34,745 bases of DNA from a virus. Lineage: Duplodnaviria; Caudoviricetes. The first letter of the stretch is position 1. Every line of letters starts with the position of its first letter. The stretch is taken from positions 1 to 34,745 of the IMG/VR virus record IMGVR_UViG_3300009124_000047. One strand, given 5' to 3'. Positions 25,497-33,351 of the stretch are shown here, piece after piece. Both the position numbers and the translations under genes were made by a program. A model generated the notes under the pieces. It was not told the origin of the DNA, searched no databases, and saw only the letters and a program-made list of their open reading frames with translations.

Positions 25497-25726
25497 TGCG
25501 TAGAGCCCTTCCTCCTCTGGAGCATCTTGATCTCGTTGATTACTTCTAGGCGTTCCCATGACATGCAGTATTCAAGTTTCCTGGTAAGGCGAAGCATCTC
25601 GTCGGCGAACTCACGATCCCTCTCCGTCGCCTTGTTCGGAGCATTCCGACACTTGGTGCATCGCCCCTTGGAGTCGGTCCCAACTTCCTGGGTATCGTGC
25701 CCTTGCTTGCAGAATCGTTCTGGCAT
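25493..25726 (-). CDS. Small Cys/His metal-binding protein
   Basis: CKQGH...RCTKC motif. Confidence 0.6.
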   Translation of the reverse strand: MPERFCKQGHDTQEVGTDSKGRCTKCRNAPNKATERDREFADEMLRLTRKLEYCMSWERLEVINEIKMLQRRKGSTQ

Positions 25727-26060
25727 CTTGTAAGTCTTTCGGGAGTGGTTCGTCGGTTGGGTTCCTGCCGAGGCCGATCTCTAACGCGATCTCGACAGCT
25801 TCAATGGTGGACCTGTAGCCGCTGTCGCTATCCATACGAGATCCGACATACTTCAGCCAATACAGGCAGGTCGTGTGGTTCTTCCTTCTCAGGAAGCGGG
25901 TGATGTCCTCGACGGGCATATTCAGGTGCTTGCGGATCAAGAACGCGGCCACCTTGCGGGGCTCGCTCTCGAACCGCTTGCGCGAGGGACCGAGGATGTC
26001 ATCCCCAGTCACCCCGAACACGCTCGCGACAGCTTGGATGATCTCGTCCGGTGAGGTCAC
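25611..26060 (-). CDS. Stand-alone DnaA C-terminal (domain IV) DNA-binding protein
   Basis: IIQAVASVFGVTGDDILGPSRKR...PRKVAAFLIRKHL...NHTTC matches the Bac_DnaA_C pattern. Confidence 0.85.
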   Translation of the reverse strand: MTSPDEIIQAVASVFGVTGDDILGPSRKRFESEPRKVAAFLIRKHLNMPVEDITRFLRRKNHTTCLYWLKYVGSRMDSDSGYRSTIEAVEIALEIGLGRNPTDEPLPKDLQDARTILQARARYPGSWDRLQGAMHQVSECSEQGDGEGS

Positions 26061-26461
26061 ACGACCTCCCAGACGATGTGCGCCCTCCCGGTAGGACCGG
26101 ACTTGCGCCTGCCGCTGTCCTTGACCAGACCCATGCGGACCAACTCCGAACGACGGGTCCGTGCTCCGCTTGCAGACATCCTAGAACTCATGGCTTGCAC
26201 CAGTTCGATGTCCGTAAGCGGACGAAGACTCAGAGTCTTGAGGACGCTGCTGCGGTTCTCGGTCATACGGAGCGATTCTGGCCCCTGACGGCTGGTCTCA
26301 GGGTCTAGGCACCGAGACCGGGACTCCGAGTTCATCTCGTCGATAGACTTCCGCAGAGCCTGGATGGCGTCCTCCATGTGGTCAGGCAGGTTGGACATCG
26401 TCCTACGCCACGCCTGAACCACAGCGCCTGCGTGCATCAGCACCTTGTCGCGAGGGCTCAT
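26057..26461 (-). CDS. Winged-helix DNA-binding protein
   Basis: LTDIEL...ARTRRSELVRMGLVKDSG...TGRAHIVW. Confidence 0.7.
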   Translation of the reverse strand: MSPRDKVLMHAGAVVQAWRRTMSNLPDHMEDAIQALRKSIDEMNSESRSRCLDPETSRQGPESLRMTENRSSVLKTLSLRPLTDIELVQAMSSRMSASGARTRRSELVRMGLVKDSGRRKSGPTGRAHIVWEVV

Positions 26462-27123
26462 GATCGGTCCTTCGGCTCTTCGAGCGCAGCCTTGAGGATG
26501 TCCATGTGGTCCTTGCCTGCTTGACGGAGATCGTCCAAGTCAGAGCCCGTGATCTTGCTGGCCTTCACGCGGGCACCCCACTCCTTGAAGTCGTTGCCTC
26601 CGTTCACGTTCTTCAAGGCTTCGAGCGCGTGCTCCTTGAGCGGGAACGGCTCGACCAGCTTGGGCTGCGGCTTCTTGACCGGAGCCGGGACAGGGGCTTC
26701 CCGTTCCATCGGGTCGTCCTTGCTCCAGAGCTTCCAGCCCAGCCCGAACAGCAGCGCCGCCGCCTTGCACATGCCACGCACGAAGGCGTCGCTGATGTCG
26801 CGAGCGTCGGGGTTCTTCTTGGCCTGCATCCGGTGATCCATGACAGCGTGCGGGACCAACGTCGTGACCATCGGACCATCTTCGTCGTCAGGTGCGACGT
26901 AGGCTTGCCGGAACCCGAGCAGCAGGTAGCACGAACCGTCAGGGGCACGGTGCGCGAGGCCACCGTCCTCTGCGGGCTTGGCGTATGCCTGCCACCCCGG
27001 CGCGTGCTCGCGCAGGTAGAAGGCGATCTTCGCCCAGTTCACGTAGTCGGCAGCGAAGTTGCCGCCGCCCTTCTTGCTTACGTCGTCAGCCTTGACGACA
27101 TCGTCGAGTCTTGGGTAGGTCAT
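26458..27123 (-). CDS. Sak/DUF1071-like single-strand annealing protein
   Basis: KKGGG..DYVNWA, VMDHRMQA, ARDISDAFVRGMCKAAALLFGLGWKLW; near an exonuclease. Confidence 0.7.
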   Translation of the reverse strand: MTYPRLDDVVKADDVSKKGGGNFAADYVNWAKIAFYLREHAPGWQAYAKPAEDGGLAHRAPDGSCYLLLGFRQAYVAPDDEDGPMVTTLVPHAVMDHRMQAKKNPDARDISDAFVRGMCKAAALLFGLGWKLWSKDDPMEREAPVPAPVKKPQPKLVEPFPLKEHALEALKNVNGGNDFKEWGARVKASKITGSDLDDLRQAGKDHMDILKAALEEPKDRS

Positions 27124-27995
27124 ACTTCAACATCCTCCTTGCTCGGGACGTAGATCGAGGGGAAAGGCTGGGCGCGAGGGCCGGTTCCACGCCACTGGAG
27201 CACCTGCATGGTGTTGCCCTGGACCCAGTGGTTCCAAGACGTGACCATCAGGGCGAGAGCCACTTCAGCACTGAGCTTCTGGCGCGTCTCGGCGTAGTCT
27301 TGGATCAGACGCTTGCGGAGCAGATACACCGGGTCGGTCTTCGTCAGGTTCGTGCCCGTCAGGACCAACTCTGCGAACTTGAGGGCGTCCTCGCCGCAGA
27401 GGCGGTGAATCTCGCAGACAACCTGCCCGAAGTATGTGCCTCGACTGAGCCTCTCCTCCCGACAACGGCAGGCGATCTCTGCCATGGAGGCGACCATCTC
27501 CTTGTTGGCAAGCCAGAAGTCATACTGCTGCGCGAGACCGGCACTAAGTCGGCTGCTACGCAGGCAAGAGATGTCCCGGTTGTTCTCTTGTAGGCTCAAC
27601 TGCGACGCCACGATGCTCGCGCACTTGGTGGAGTTCTTGACGCCGTCACGCTTGAGAATCCCGGCGAGGGTGCGCGTCAAGCCCTGGTCCTTGGTCAACG
27701 CCGCCGTGGGCTCTGCGTTCTTGGCGCACCAGAACCACACGTTATCACCCGTGGACTTCTGGTAGGCGTAGGCCGCCGACAGCCGGTGCTGCCCATCAAG
27801 ACACAAGCCTTCCTTGTCGAAGACAAGCACGTCGCCGTTCGCGCAGTTCCAGTTGCCGTCCATCATGGACTGCAAATACTTGTCACGGTTGCGGGGGGCG
27901 ATAGACCGCACGTTGTTGGAGTTCTTGAGGATGTCCTCAATCTGCTCGCAAGAGAACGAGCAAAGCTCGTATGTGATTCCGTCAGGCTTCTTCAC
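27120..27995 (-). CDS. ParB/Srx-like DGQHR domain protein
   Basis: NNVRSI..Y..SMMDGNW..GD.LVFD..G.CLDGQHRLSA. Confidence 0.75.
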   Translation of the reverse strand: MKKPDGITYELCSFSCEQIEDILKNSNNVRSIAPRNRDKYLQSMMDGNWNCANGDVLVFDKEGLCLDGQHRLSAAYAYQKSTGDNVWFWCAKNAEPTAALTKDQGLTRTLAGILKRDGVKNSTKCASIVASQLSLQENNRDISCLRSSRLSAGLAQQYDFWLANKEMVASMAEIACRCREERLSRGTYFGQVVCEIHRLCGEDALKFAELVLTGTNLTKTDPVYLLRKRLIQDYAETRQKLSAEVALALMVTSWNHWVQGNTMQVLQWRGTGPRAQPFPSIYVPSKEDVEV

Positions 27996-27998
27996 TTT

Positions 27999-28817
27999 CT
28001 AGTCCTTCCAATCCGGCTTGTGCCGGTTCTTCGCTTGCCAGTAGTCGAGTTGCGCCTTGAACATGGCAAGCCCCTGCTCAAGTTGCTCCTCCGTGACCTC
28101 CACGAAGGAGCAGCAGGACGGGTGTGTCCTGCTGACGTAGACGATGGCGCATCGCTTTCTGTGTTCGGTCGCCACCTTGAGGTCGAGCGCCTGCCGGGTT
28201 GCAGCTAGCTGCATCCAGTGGCTCTCGTAGGTCTTCAGGCTGTCCATGACATCCTGGTTGCCGTCGCGGCCCTTGAAGTCCAGCACCCACGCTTCGCTGT
28301 GCAGGTCAGCCTTGGTGCCGTAGCCCCATGGGTGGGCGACCGCCTGCTCTGCCAGCCACGGGTGCAGCATGTTCGGCCCTTCAGCGGTCGGGCAGTGCTC
28401 CTTGATGAGTTCCGAGACGCCGAGGACGTGCGCCCGGTAGTTCTTGTCGAAGGGTTCCCCCCGATAGAACTGCTCGATGGCGGCGTGGATGCGCGTGCCT
28501 TCTTCGGCTGCGTCCTTGGCGATCTTCGCCGCGTCTTCGAGCACGCGAGCCATCCACTCTTCGGTGGTGTCGTTGACATACCGATGGATGCGGAGCGCGG
28601 AGAGCGCCGCCTGCTGCTGCTTCCAGCGGGTCAGGCCAGGAGCCGCAGCGCATCCGATGATGGTCGTGACGCCCGGTCCCCAGTTGTTCTTGCGAGCGTC
28701 GCGCAGCGTGGGCTTTCGCATCCCGTCGCCCTTCGCCCGCTCGACCTCGCCGATCTGGGTGCCATCGCTGGCATACCAGTGCCCGCCCTCGGACGGGCGC
28801 TCTGCCTTAGTCGGCAT
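27999..28817 (-). CDS. PD-(D/E)XK exonuclease (Cas4/RecE-like fold)
   Basis: GHWY, PTLRDARK, PGVTTI, EGTRIH, YGTKADL, LDFK, MQLAA; start moved to ATG 28817 after AAGGAGG. Confidence 0.85.
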   Translation of the reverse strand: MPTKAERPSEGGHWYASDGTQIGEVERAKGDGMRKPTLRDARKNNWGPGVTTIIGCAAAPGLTRWKQQQAALSALRIHRYVNDTTEEWMARVLEDAAKIAKDAAEEGTRIHAAIEQFYRGEPFDKNYRAHVLGVSELIKEHCPTAEGPNMLHPWLAEQAVAHPWGYGTKADLHSEAWVLDFKGRDGNQDVMDSLKTYESHWMQLAATRQALDLKVATEHRKRCAIVYVSRTHPSCCSFVEVTEEQLEQGLAMFKAQLDYWQAKNRHKPDWKD

Positions 28818-29070
28818 CGTGTTCCTCCTTGGCATCCCTTGCGTAGAACAGCGCCGCGTTCACGCTGTACTTGGCTGCGTCGAGGTGCGTCTGGATCGCC
28901 GTCGCCCGGCGCATGGCGACGACGCTGCTGACTTTAGGGGGCGACCCTTCGAGCACGTCGTTCGTGATCTCCAACAGGTGGCTATAGACCACCTTCTGGA
29001 GGTTCCCGAGCGCCTTGCGGTGCTCCTCAATCGCCTCAGAAAGGCAGATCTTCGTCGCTGATGATGTCAT
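28807..29070 (-). CDS. Hypothetical helical protein
   Basis: AGGAGG RBS; tiles between neighbours. Confidence 0.65.
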   Translation of the reverse strand: MTSSATKICLSEAIEEHRKALGNLQKVVYSHLLEITNDVLEGSPPKVSSVVAMRRATAIQTHLDAAKYSVNAALFYARDAKEEHDAD

Positions 29071-29085
29071 TGTTTTCCTCCTGCT

Positions 29086-29568
29086 TTAGTTGGCATTGTG
29101 TTCCTCCCTAGCATGACTGGAGACCCTGGCATTGCCGAAGACCCAGACCTTGCCGAAGACCCAAGCATCGTCGGAGACCCTGGCATCGCCGAAGACCCAA
29201 GCATCGTCGAAGACCCGGGCATTGCCGTAGATCCTGGCATCGCCGTAGGCCCTAGCATCGCCGTAGACCCTGGCGTTGCCGTAGACCCAAGCATCGTCGA
29301 AAACCATGGCGTCGCCGAAAACCATGGCGTCGCCGTAGACCCTGGCGTCGCCGAAAACCCTGGCATTGCCGTAGACCTTGGCTTTGCCGTAGACCCTGGC
29401 TTTGCCGTAGACTTGGGCTTCTGGACCGACGTAGGCGCTATCTTCCACGGTGGCGGTCAATGCGACCCACCCTCCACCGTTCTTGTGCTGACGGGCGGGA
29501 ACGGAGCCCTTGCCGTCTCCGAAGTTGTGGGTGATGCCGATTCCGGTGTCCTCGTCCTTAGTCGGCAT
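29086..29568 (-). CDS. Hexapeptide-repeat (left-handed beta-helix) protein
   Basis: GGWV then about 17 A-x-V-(Y/F)-(G/D)-(N/D/K) repeats; AGGAGG RBS. Confidence 0.85.
   Translation of the reverse strand: MPTKDEDTGIGITHNFGDGKGSVPARQHKNGGGWVALTATVEDSAYVGPEAQVYGKARVYGKAKVYGNARVFGDARVYGDAMVFGDAMVFDDAWVYGNARVYGDARAYGDARIYGNARVFDDAWVFGDARVSDDAWVFGKVWVFGNARVSSHAREEHNAN
29113..29418. repeat. Degenerate 18-bp coding tandem repeat (about 17 units)
   Basis: Unit like GCCGTAGACCCTGGCRTY on the + strand. Confidence 0.85.
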
Positions 29569-29827
29569 CCTCGTCCTCCTTGATCATCGCAAGCGAGACA
29601 TGCGCGTCGCGCAGGGAACGCTCCGCTGTTTCGAGACTGGTGATAGCTTCGGAGATGGAGCGCAGGTCGTAGATGAGCCGGGCCTTGCCCTTGTCGAGTA
29701 GCCCTGTGTTCAGGACATCGACCGTCATCTGGTTGCGGACACGCTTGAGGTATCTGGAAAGCTCGTTGGTCTGATCCAACAAGCGGCTCGCTTCCCTAGA
29801 AGGGGAGATCGTCGTCGTCGATGTCAT
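29558..29827 (-). CDS. Hypothetical coiled-coil protein
   Basis: Likely start ATG 29827 (MTSTTT); stop overlaps the next gene start. Start uncertain. Confidence 0.55.
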   Translation of the reverse strand: MTSTTTISPSREASRLLDQTNELSRYLKRVRNQMTVDVLNTGLLDKGKARLIYDLRSISEAITSLETAERSLRDAHVSLAMIKEDEDAD

Positions 29828-30326
29828 TGCTTTCTTGGGGGTTCTGGTTGTTGAAGGCGACGAGTGCTTGCAGCACCTCGTCGGTGAAGTCACGGCCTGG
29901 GTAGACCGTGCCGCTGTCGGGGTCGATGCGTCCGAAGTAGACGCTTTCGCCGTAAGGCCCGCCGTCCGTGACGGAGACGTGGCCGGGGTTCTTGCTCTTG
30001 TCGGAGTTGAGCGTGACGACCACGCCGTTCGCGACTTCGAGCTTCGGGCGCTTCTTGCCCGGTAGGTTCCGCAGCATCGGGGCGATGTTGGTCAGCCCCA
30101 GCGCCATAGGTTCCCGCGTCTCGCGGGGAGGCTGGGTGGCAAGGCGATGCGCCCACGCCGCCTGCTTGTCGGAGAGGCCATACTTCGCGTGCTTCTCGAT
30201 CAAGTCGCGAGCGAACTGGCTGCGGTTGCCGCTTTGCTTGATCGCCTCGATGGCGTCGTCGAGCGTCTGGTGAGGGGACTCAAAGGTGACTTCCTCACCT
30301 TTGACCGTGACGGTAAACTGCTTCAT
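29796..30326 (-). CDS. Hypothetical protein with SSB-like acidic C-terminal tail
   Basis: Ends DIDDDDLPF; core has LSDKQ and SKNPG..YFGRID motifs. Confidence 0.75.
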   Translation of the reverse strand: MKQFTVTVKGEEVTFESPHQTLDDAIEAIKQSGNRSQFARDLIEKHAKYGLSDKQAAWAHRLATQPPRETREPMALGLTNIAPMLRNLPGKKRPKLEVANGVVVTLNSDKSKNPGHVSVTDGGPYGESVYFGRIDPDSGTVYPGRDFTDEVLQALVAFNNQNPQESNDIDDDDLPF

Positions 30327-30382
30327 GTTTCGGTAGTGTTACCTGTAGAACTGCCGATGTTCAAGTAAAAAAGGGGGGAGCC

Positions 30383-30469
30383 TCACGCCAGCAGCGCGAG
30401 GACGATGAACCCAACGATCAGGAGCGCGGCTCCAAGGTCGTTGCGGTCGAGGGGGTCGCGGTTATTCAT
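30383..30469 (-). CDS. Small membrane peptide (28 aa)
   Basis: MNNRDPLDRNDLGAALLIVGFIVLALLA; AGGA upstream; preceded by AACCCC motif. Confidence 0.55.
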   Translation of the reverse strand: MNNRDPLDRNDLGAALLIVGFIVLALLA

Positions 30470-30530
30470 GCGTATGTTCCTGTGGGGTTGGTGGCGTTGT
30501 TCAGCTTTGCTGAATGGAGTGCGACGATAT

Positions 30531-30713
30531 TCAGAGTTCGGGGCGAAAACTGAACAACGAGTAGCGGCTGCTGTGTGGGGTTGGGGGTTGCGTGCCCTCG
30601 CCGTCGCAGTCAGGGCACCGCACGGTGGCGTCCGGGCATTCGTCCCTTGCCCAGTCGGCGGGGACTTGCCCGAAGCCCTCGCAAGTAGAGCAGGGGTTAG
30701 TAGATGTCGGCAT
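30531..30713 (-). CDS. DnaJ-type CxxCxGxG zinc-finger peptide
   Basis: CSTCEGFG and CPDCDGEG; start ATG 30713 after GAGGA. Confidence 0.65.
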   Translation of the reverse strand: MPTSTNPCSTCEGFGQVPADWARDECPDATVRCPDCDGEGTQPPTPHSSRYSLFSFRPEL

Positions 30714-30942
30714 CGGGTTCGTCCTCGTAGGCTTGCAGGAGCTTCCCATCGAGGTCGTCCCCGTGGAGTTCGGCCCAGATGTCGGGATCTAGGTCGGTGA
30801 ACGAAGACCACTCCTGCATGCTGATGATCTCCGACACTTCGATGCTGTCCACGGCTGGCGCGGTATCGGGGCCGTCCCCGACGCCGTGCGGGTCGATGAT
30901 CCCGCCGAACACGACGCCGTGATGTTCTACGTGTACTTGCAT
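30697..30942 (-). CDS. Hypothetical acidic protein
   Basis: AGGAG RBS; D/E-rich. Confidence 0.65.
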   Translation of the reverse strand: MQVHVEHHGVVFGGIIDPHGVGDGPDTAPAVDSIEVSEIISMQEWSSFTDLDPDIWAELHGDDLDGKLLQAYEDEPDADIY

Positions 30943-30990
30943 AGCTTTCTCCTGGGGTTATGCCGGGCTATGCCCGGCGGGGTTGTGTCG

Positions 30991-31224
30991 TTAGGAACAG
31001 GAAGGGCACCGCACGAACTCCGCCTTCGGGTTGCGGAGGTATGCGTCTAACAGGTTGTGGCGCTCCGCCATGCCGCTGTCGATCCACGGCTGGACGATCT
31101 TTCGCCAAGCGTCGAGGGCTTGCACCCTGGTCCTGCCATAGATGCCCCGGAAGGTTGTTCCGTCCGTGACAACGCGATAGTGACAACCGCATTCCGGTTG
31201 CGTGTGCTGGGTCTGCTTTTGCAT
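30991..31224 (-). CDS. Hypothetical early protein
   Basis: Bounded by intergenic hairpin/AACCCC motifs; CGC and CPSC ends. Confidence 0.6.
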   Translation of the reverse strand: MQKQTQHTQPECGCHYRVVTDGTTFRGIYGRTRVQALDAWRKIVQPWIDSGMAERHNLLDAYLRNPKAEFVRCPSCS

Positions 31225-31297
31225 CGTTCTAGGTATGGTGTCAGGTAGGGGTTAGGGGTTGCCCGGACTAGCGCAGACCGGGCGGACGCGTTGCGTG

Positions 31298-31441
31298 TCA
31301 CTCGAAAGATTGTGCCAGCCCGATAGCGTAGGCCAGCACGAACGGAAGCGAGATGCAGAACGTGGCGAAGCCGTAGAACTCCAGCACGTCAAGTCCGGTG
31401 CGGTCGCGGTAGCGCCCGGAGCGGTCGCGGTAGGCGCTCAC
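31298..31441 (-). CDS. Small membrane peptide (47 aa, MSAYRDRSGRYRDRTGLDVLEFYGFATFCISLPFVLAYAIGLAQSFE)
   Basis: Manually read; GAGGTG RBS and GTGA overlap with the upstream gene. Confidence 0.65.
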   Translation of the reverse strand: MSAYRDRSGRYRDRTGLDVLEFYGFATFCISLPFVLAYAIGLAQSFE

Positions 31442-31829
31442 GGCGTCACCTCTCCCCATTGGTGGAGAATGTCGCTAAAGTATTTCACTTCAACGGGGCC
31501 ATGGGCGGAATCATCCCACCCCGGCACGCTCTCGATCCGATGATGCAGAGCGGAGAAGGTGCCGCGCATGTATGCGCGGGATGCTTCCTGCGGGTAATCC
31601 GGCGCGTATTCTTCTAGGAACCTCTCGCGGTGCTTGTTCGTTTCGACGATGTAAAGCACCCCCGGATGGTTCAGAAGCTCGAACAGATAAACGGCGCGGG
31701 AATCCATAACGTCGCCGCCGTCTAAGTAGCGCGACCACCACTCCCCGAACGGTTCGCGCAAGGGGCCGCCCGTGTCCCGGATGCAGTCGGCGTCGGTGTA
31801 TTGTGTGGGATCGCTCACGGCGTCACCTC
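31435..31829 (-). repeat. 18-bp direct repeat GAGGTGACGCCGTGAGCG (31435-31452 and 31812-31829)
   Basis: Identical copies; both upstream proteins end EVTP. Confidence 0.85.
31438..31818 (-). CDS. Hypothetical early protein
   Basis: GAGGTG RBS; flanked by identical 18-bp repeats. Confidence 0.7.
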   Translation of the reverse strand: MSDPTQYTDADCIRDTGGPLREPFGEWWSRYLDGGDVMDSRAVYLFELLNHPGVLYIVETNKHRERFLEEYAPDYPQEASRAYMRGTFSALHHRIESVPGWDDSAHGPVEVKYFSDILHQWGEVTP

Positions 31830-32072
31830 CGCCGCGTCGTAGGTCCAGACGTGCCCGCCGTCACCGGGTCCGGCGGAGTCGAGAACCGCGCCGGGGACGT
31901 GCCGCGCCAGCCAAGCGCGAGCGGCGGCGGCGTGGTTCTGGTCGAGGCTTAGCGCGTGGTCGTAGTCTACCGAGAGACGGCGGCGACCTTGCAGCGTGTA
32001 ACCGCTGGCGTGGATCTTAGAACCAGCGAAGCCACGCGGGCCGGTGTAACGGGTTCGGATTGTTCCTTGCAT
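31815..32072 (-). CDS. Hypothetical early protein (85 aa, MQGTIRTRYTGP...)
   Basis: Credible 3' part of the 331-aa track ORF; ATG follows a C-rich leader. Confidence 0.7.
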   Translation of the reverse strand: MQGTIRTRYTGPRGFAGSKIHASGYTLQGRRRLSVDYDHALSLDQNHAAAARAWLARHVPGAVLDSAGPGDGGHVWTYDAAEVTP

Positions 32073-32098
32073 GATTCGGAGAGGGGTAGGGGGCGAGA

Positions 32099-32581
32099 CT
32101 AGCTCGCCCGGTTCAGGAAGTAGCGCACTTGCCGCGCATCCATGTTGCAGCACGTTAGCCGGTTGTAGTATGCGTCCGCCGGTCCCGGCAGAAGGTCGGC
32201 GGGGCCGACGTATAACGACGCGACACGCGGGTCGGTCTGGTGGTAGAACACGAAGCCGAGACGCTGGCACACCTCCGCGACGCGGGCGAGCGCGCCGCGT
32301 TCTAGGTCGGGGACGCGGGTCCGGGTGGTGCGGGTCGCGCCGTTGTTTCGTTGGTCGGTGATGTGCCGCACCTCGTAGGGGTGGCCGGTGTTTTCGTCGC
32401 GCTCGATCGCGTGCGAGACGTAGTAACCTCCGGCGTCGTAGCTGTCGCCGCATTCGCGCTCGCCCCACCGGCGAAGCGTCTTTTCGGCGCGGCGTAGCGT
32501 GCGGGCGTCGGATTCGGAGACGATAACCCCGAACCGGGAAAGGGAAGCGGCAAGGGCCGCGTCGTAGTCTGTCGCGAGCAT
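32099..32581 (-). CDS. Hypothetical early protein
   Basis: Globular composition; ERECGD, YHQTDPR motifs. Confidence 0.75.
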   Translation of the reverse strand: MLATDYDAALAASLSRFGVIVSESDARTLRRAEKTLRRWGERECGDSYDAGGYYVSHAIERDENTGHPYEVRHITDQRNNGATRTTRTRVPDLERGALARVAEVCQRLGFVFYHQTDPRVASLYVGPADLLPGPADAYYNRLTCCNMDARQVRYFLNRAS

Positions 32582-32651
32582 GTGCGTAACCTTGGAAAGT
32601 GGAGAGGGGAAGGGGCGGAATGCCCCGCGAGAACCCGCAGCGCGGATGCTC

Positions 32652-32993
32652 GCGGCGCGTTGCGCCTAGTTTTCGAGAAACTGGCCCACGGCTACGTCGT
32701 AGGCGGGGTGAGACGTTGGGAGCTTGCGCTTGAGGTGGTCCGCTATGCAGGCGGAGAATGCGTCCGCGTCTACGTCTACGCCGTCGCGCCCGTCTATGGT
32801 GTAATCCCATAGACCGTTTCGGTCGAAAGCGGCATAAAGGCGCTTACCTCGAAAGCCGGAGCACGGCCACGACGCGCACCAGTCGTAGGTCTCAGAAGCG
32901 GACAGCCATACGGCTACGGAGTTCTCGTGTATTTTGGTTCTCATGATATGAGAGGGGTTAGCGTGAGGGGTTGCGGCGCGTTGCGCCTAGTTT
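32652..32993 (-). repeat. 21-bp direct repeat AAACTAGGCGCAACGCGCCGC (32652-32672 and 32973-32993)
   Basis: Identical copies, each containing the TAG stop of the upstream gene; degenerate third copy near 31283-31300. Confidence 0.85.
32666..32944 (-). CDS. Hypothetical early protein
   Basis: VWLSASETYDW..WPCS motif; flanked by 21-bp repeats. Confidence 0.75.
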   Translation of the reverse strand: MRTKIHENSVAVWLSASETYDWCASWPCSGFRGKRLYAAFDRNGLWDYTIDGRDGVDVDADAFSACIADHLKRKLPTSHPAYDVAVGQFLEN

Positions 32994-33298
32994 CGGAGAA
33001 TGCGGATAAGGGCGGCGGCGGCGGCGCGGGCGGTGTAGCCTTCCGGCTTTCGCCATGCCATGCCGGGGCGAAACTCGCTCGCGCATCCGGCGGCGTATAG
33101 CGGGCACGTCTGGCCAGCGTGCCAGGAGAGCGAGACGTAGTAGACCGCTTCCGCCGTGTCGAATCCGGCGGGGTCCTCGCGCCCGGCGTCGTCTTCGCGC
33201 TCGAAAGCGGCAAGGGCTCGGAGCATTTCGGGGCCGTGTTCGTGTTCGGCTAGGACTGGCGCAATGCGCCGGAGCGATTCGGTGTAGGTGTGTCGCAT
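32987..33298 (-). CDS. Hypothetical early protein (103 aa, MRHTYTES...)
   Basis: Credible 3' part of the 267-aa track ORF; ATG after C-rich leader. Confidence 0.7.
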   Translation of the reverse strand: MRHTYTESLRRIAPVLAEHEHGPEMLRALAAFEREDDAGREDPAGFDTAEAVYYVSLSWHAGQTCPLYAAGCASEFRPGMAWRKPEGYTARAAAAALIRILRN

Positions 33299-33351
33299 GG
33301 TAGGAGAGGGGGTAGGGGTTGCCGCGCATCCGGCGCGGCGCGGGTTATGAG

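Noticed and set aside
27999-28817. cas4 / CRISPR-associated gene
   Set aside because: No four-Cys Fe-S pattern, no other cas genes or array; context is phage recombination.
29067-29583. CRISPR array, or overlapping genes in the other open frames of the 18-bp repeat
   Set aside because: No spacers; it is a coding tandem repeat and alternate frames stay open because the unit lacks stops.
30495-30559. Hammerhead ribozyme or tRNA
   Set aside because: CTGA and GAAA are present but the CUGANGA core and stem order do not fit; no T-loop or cloverleaf.
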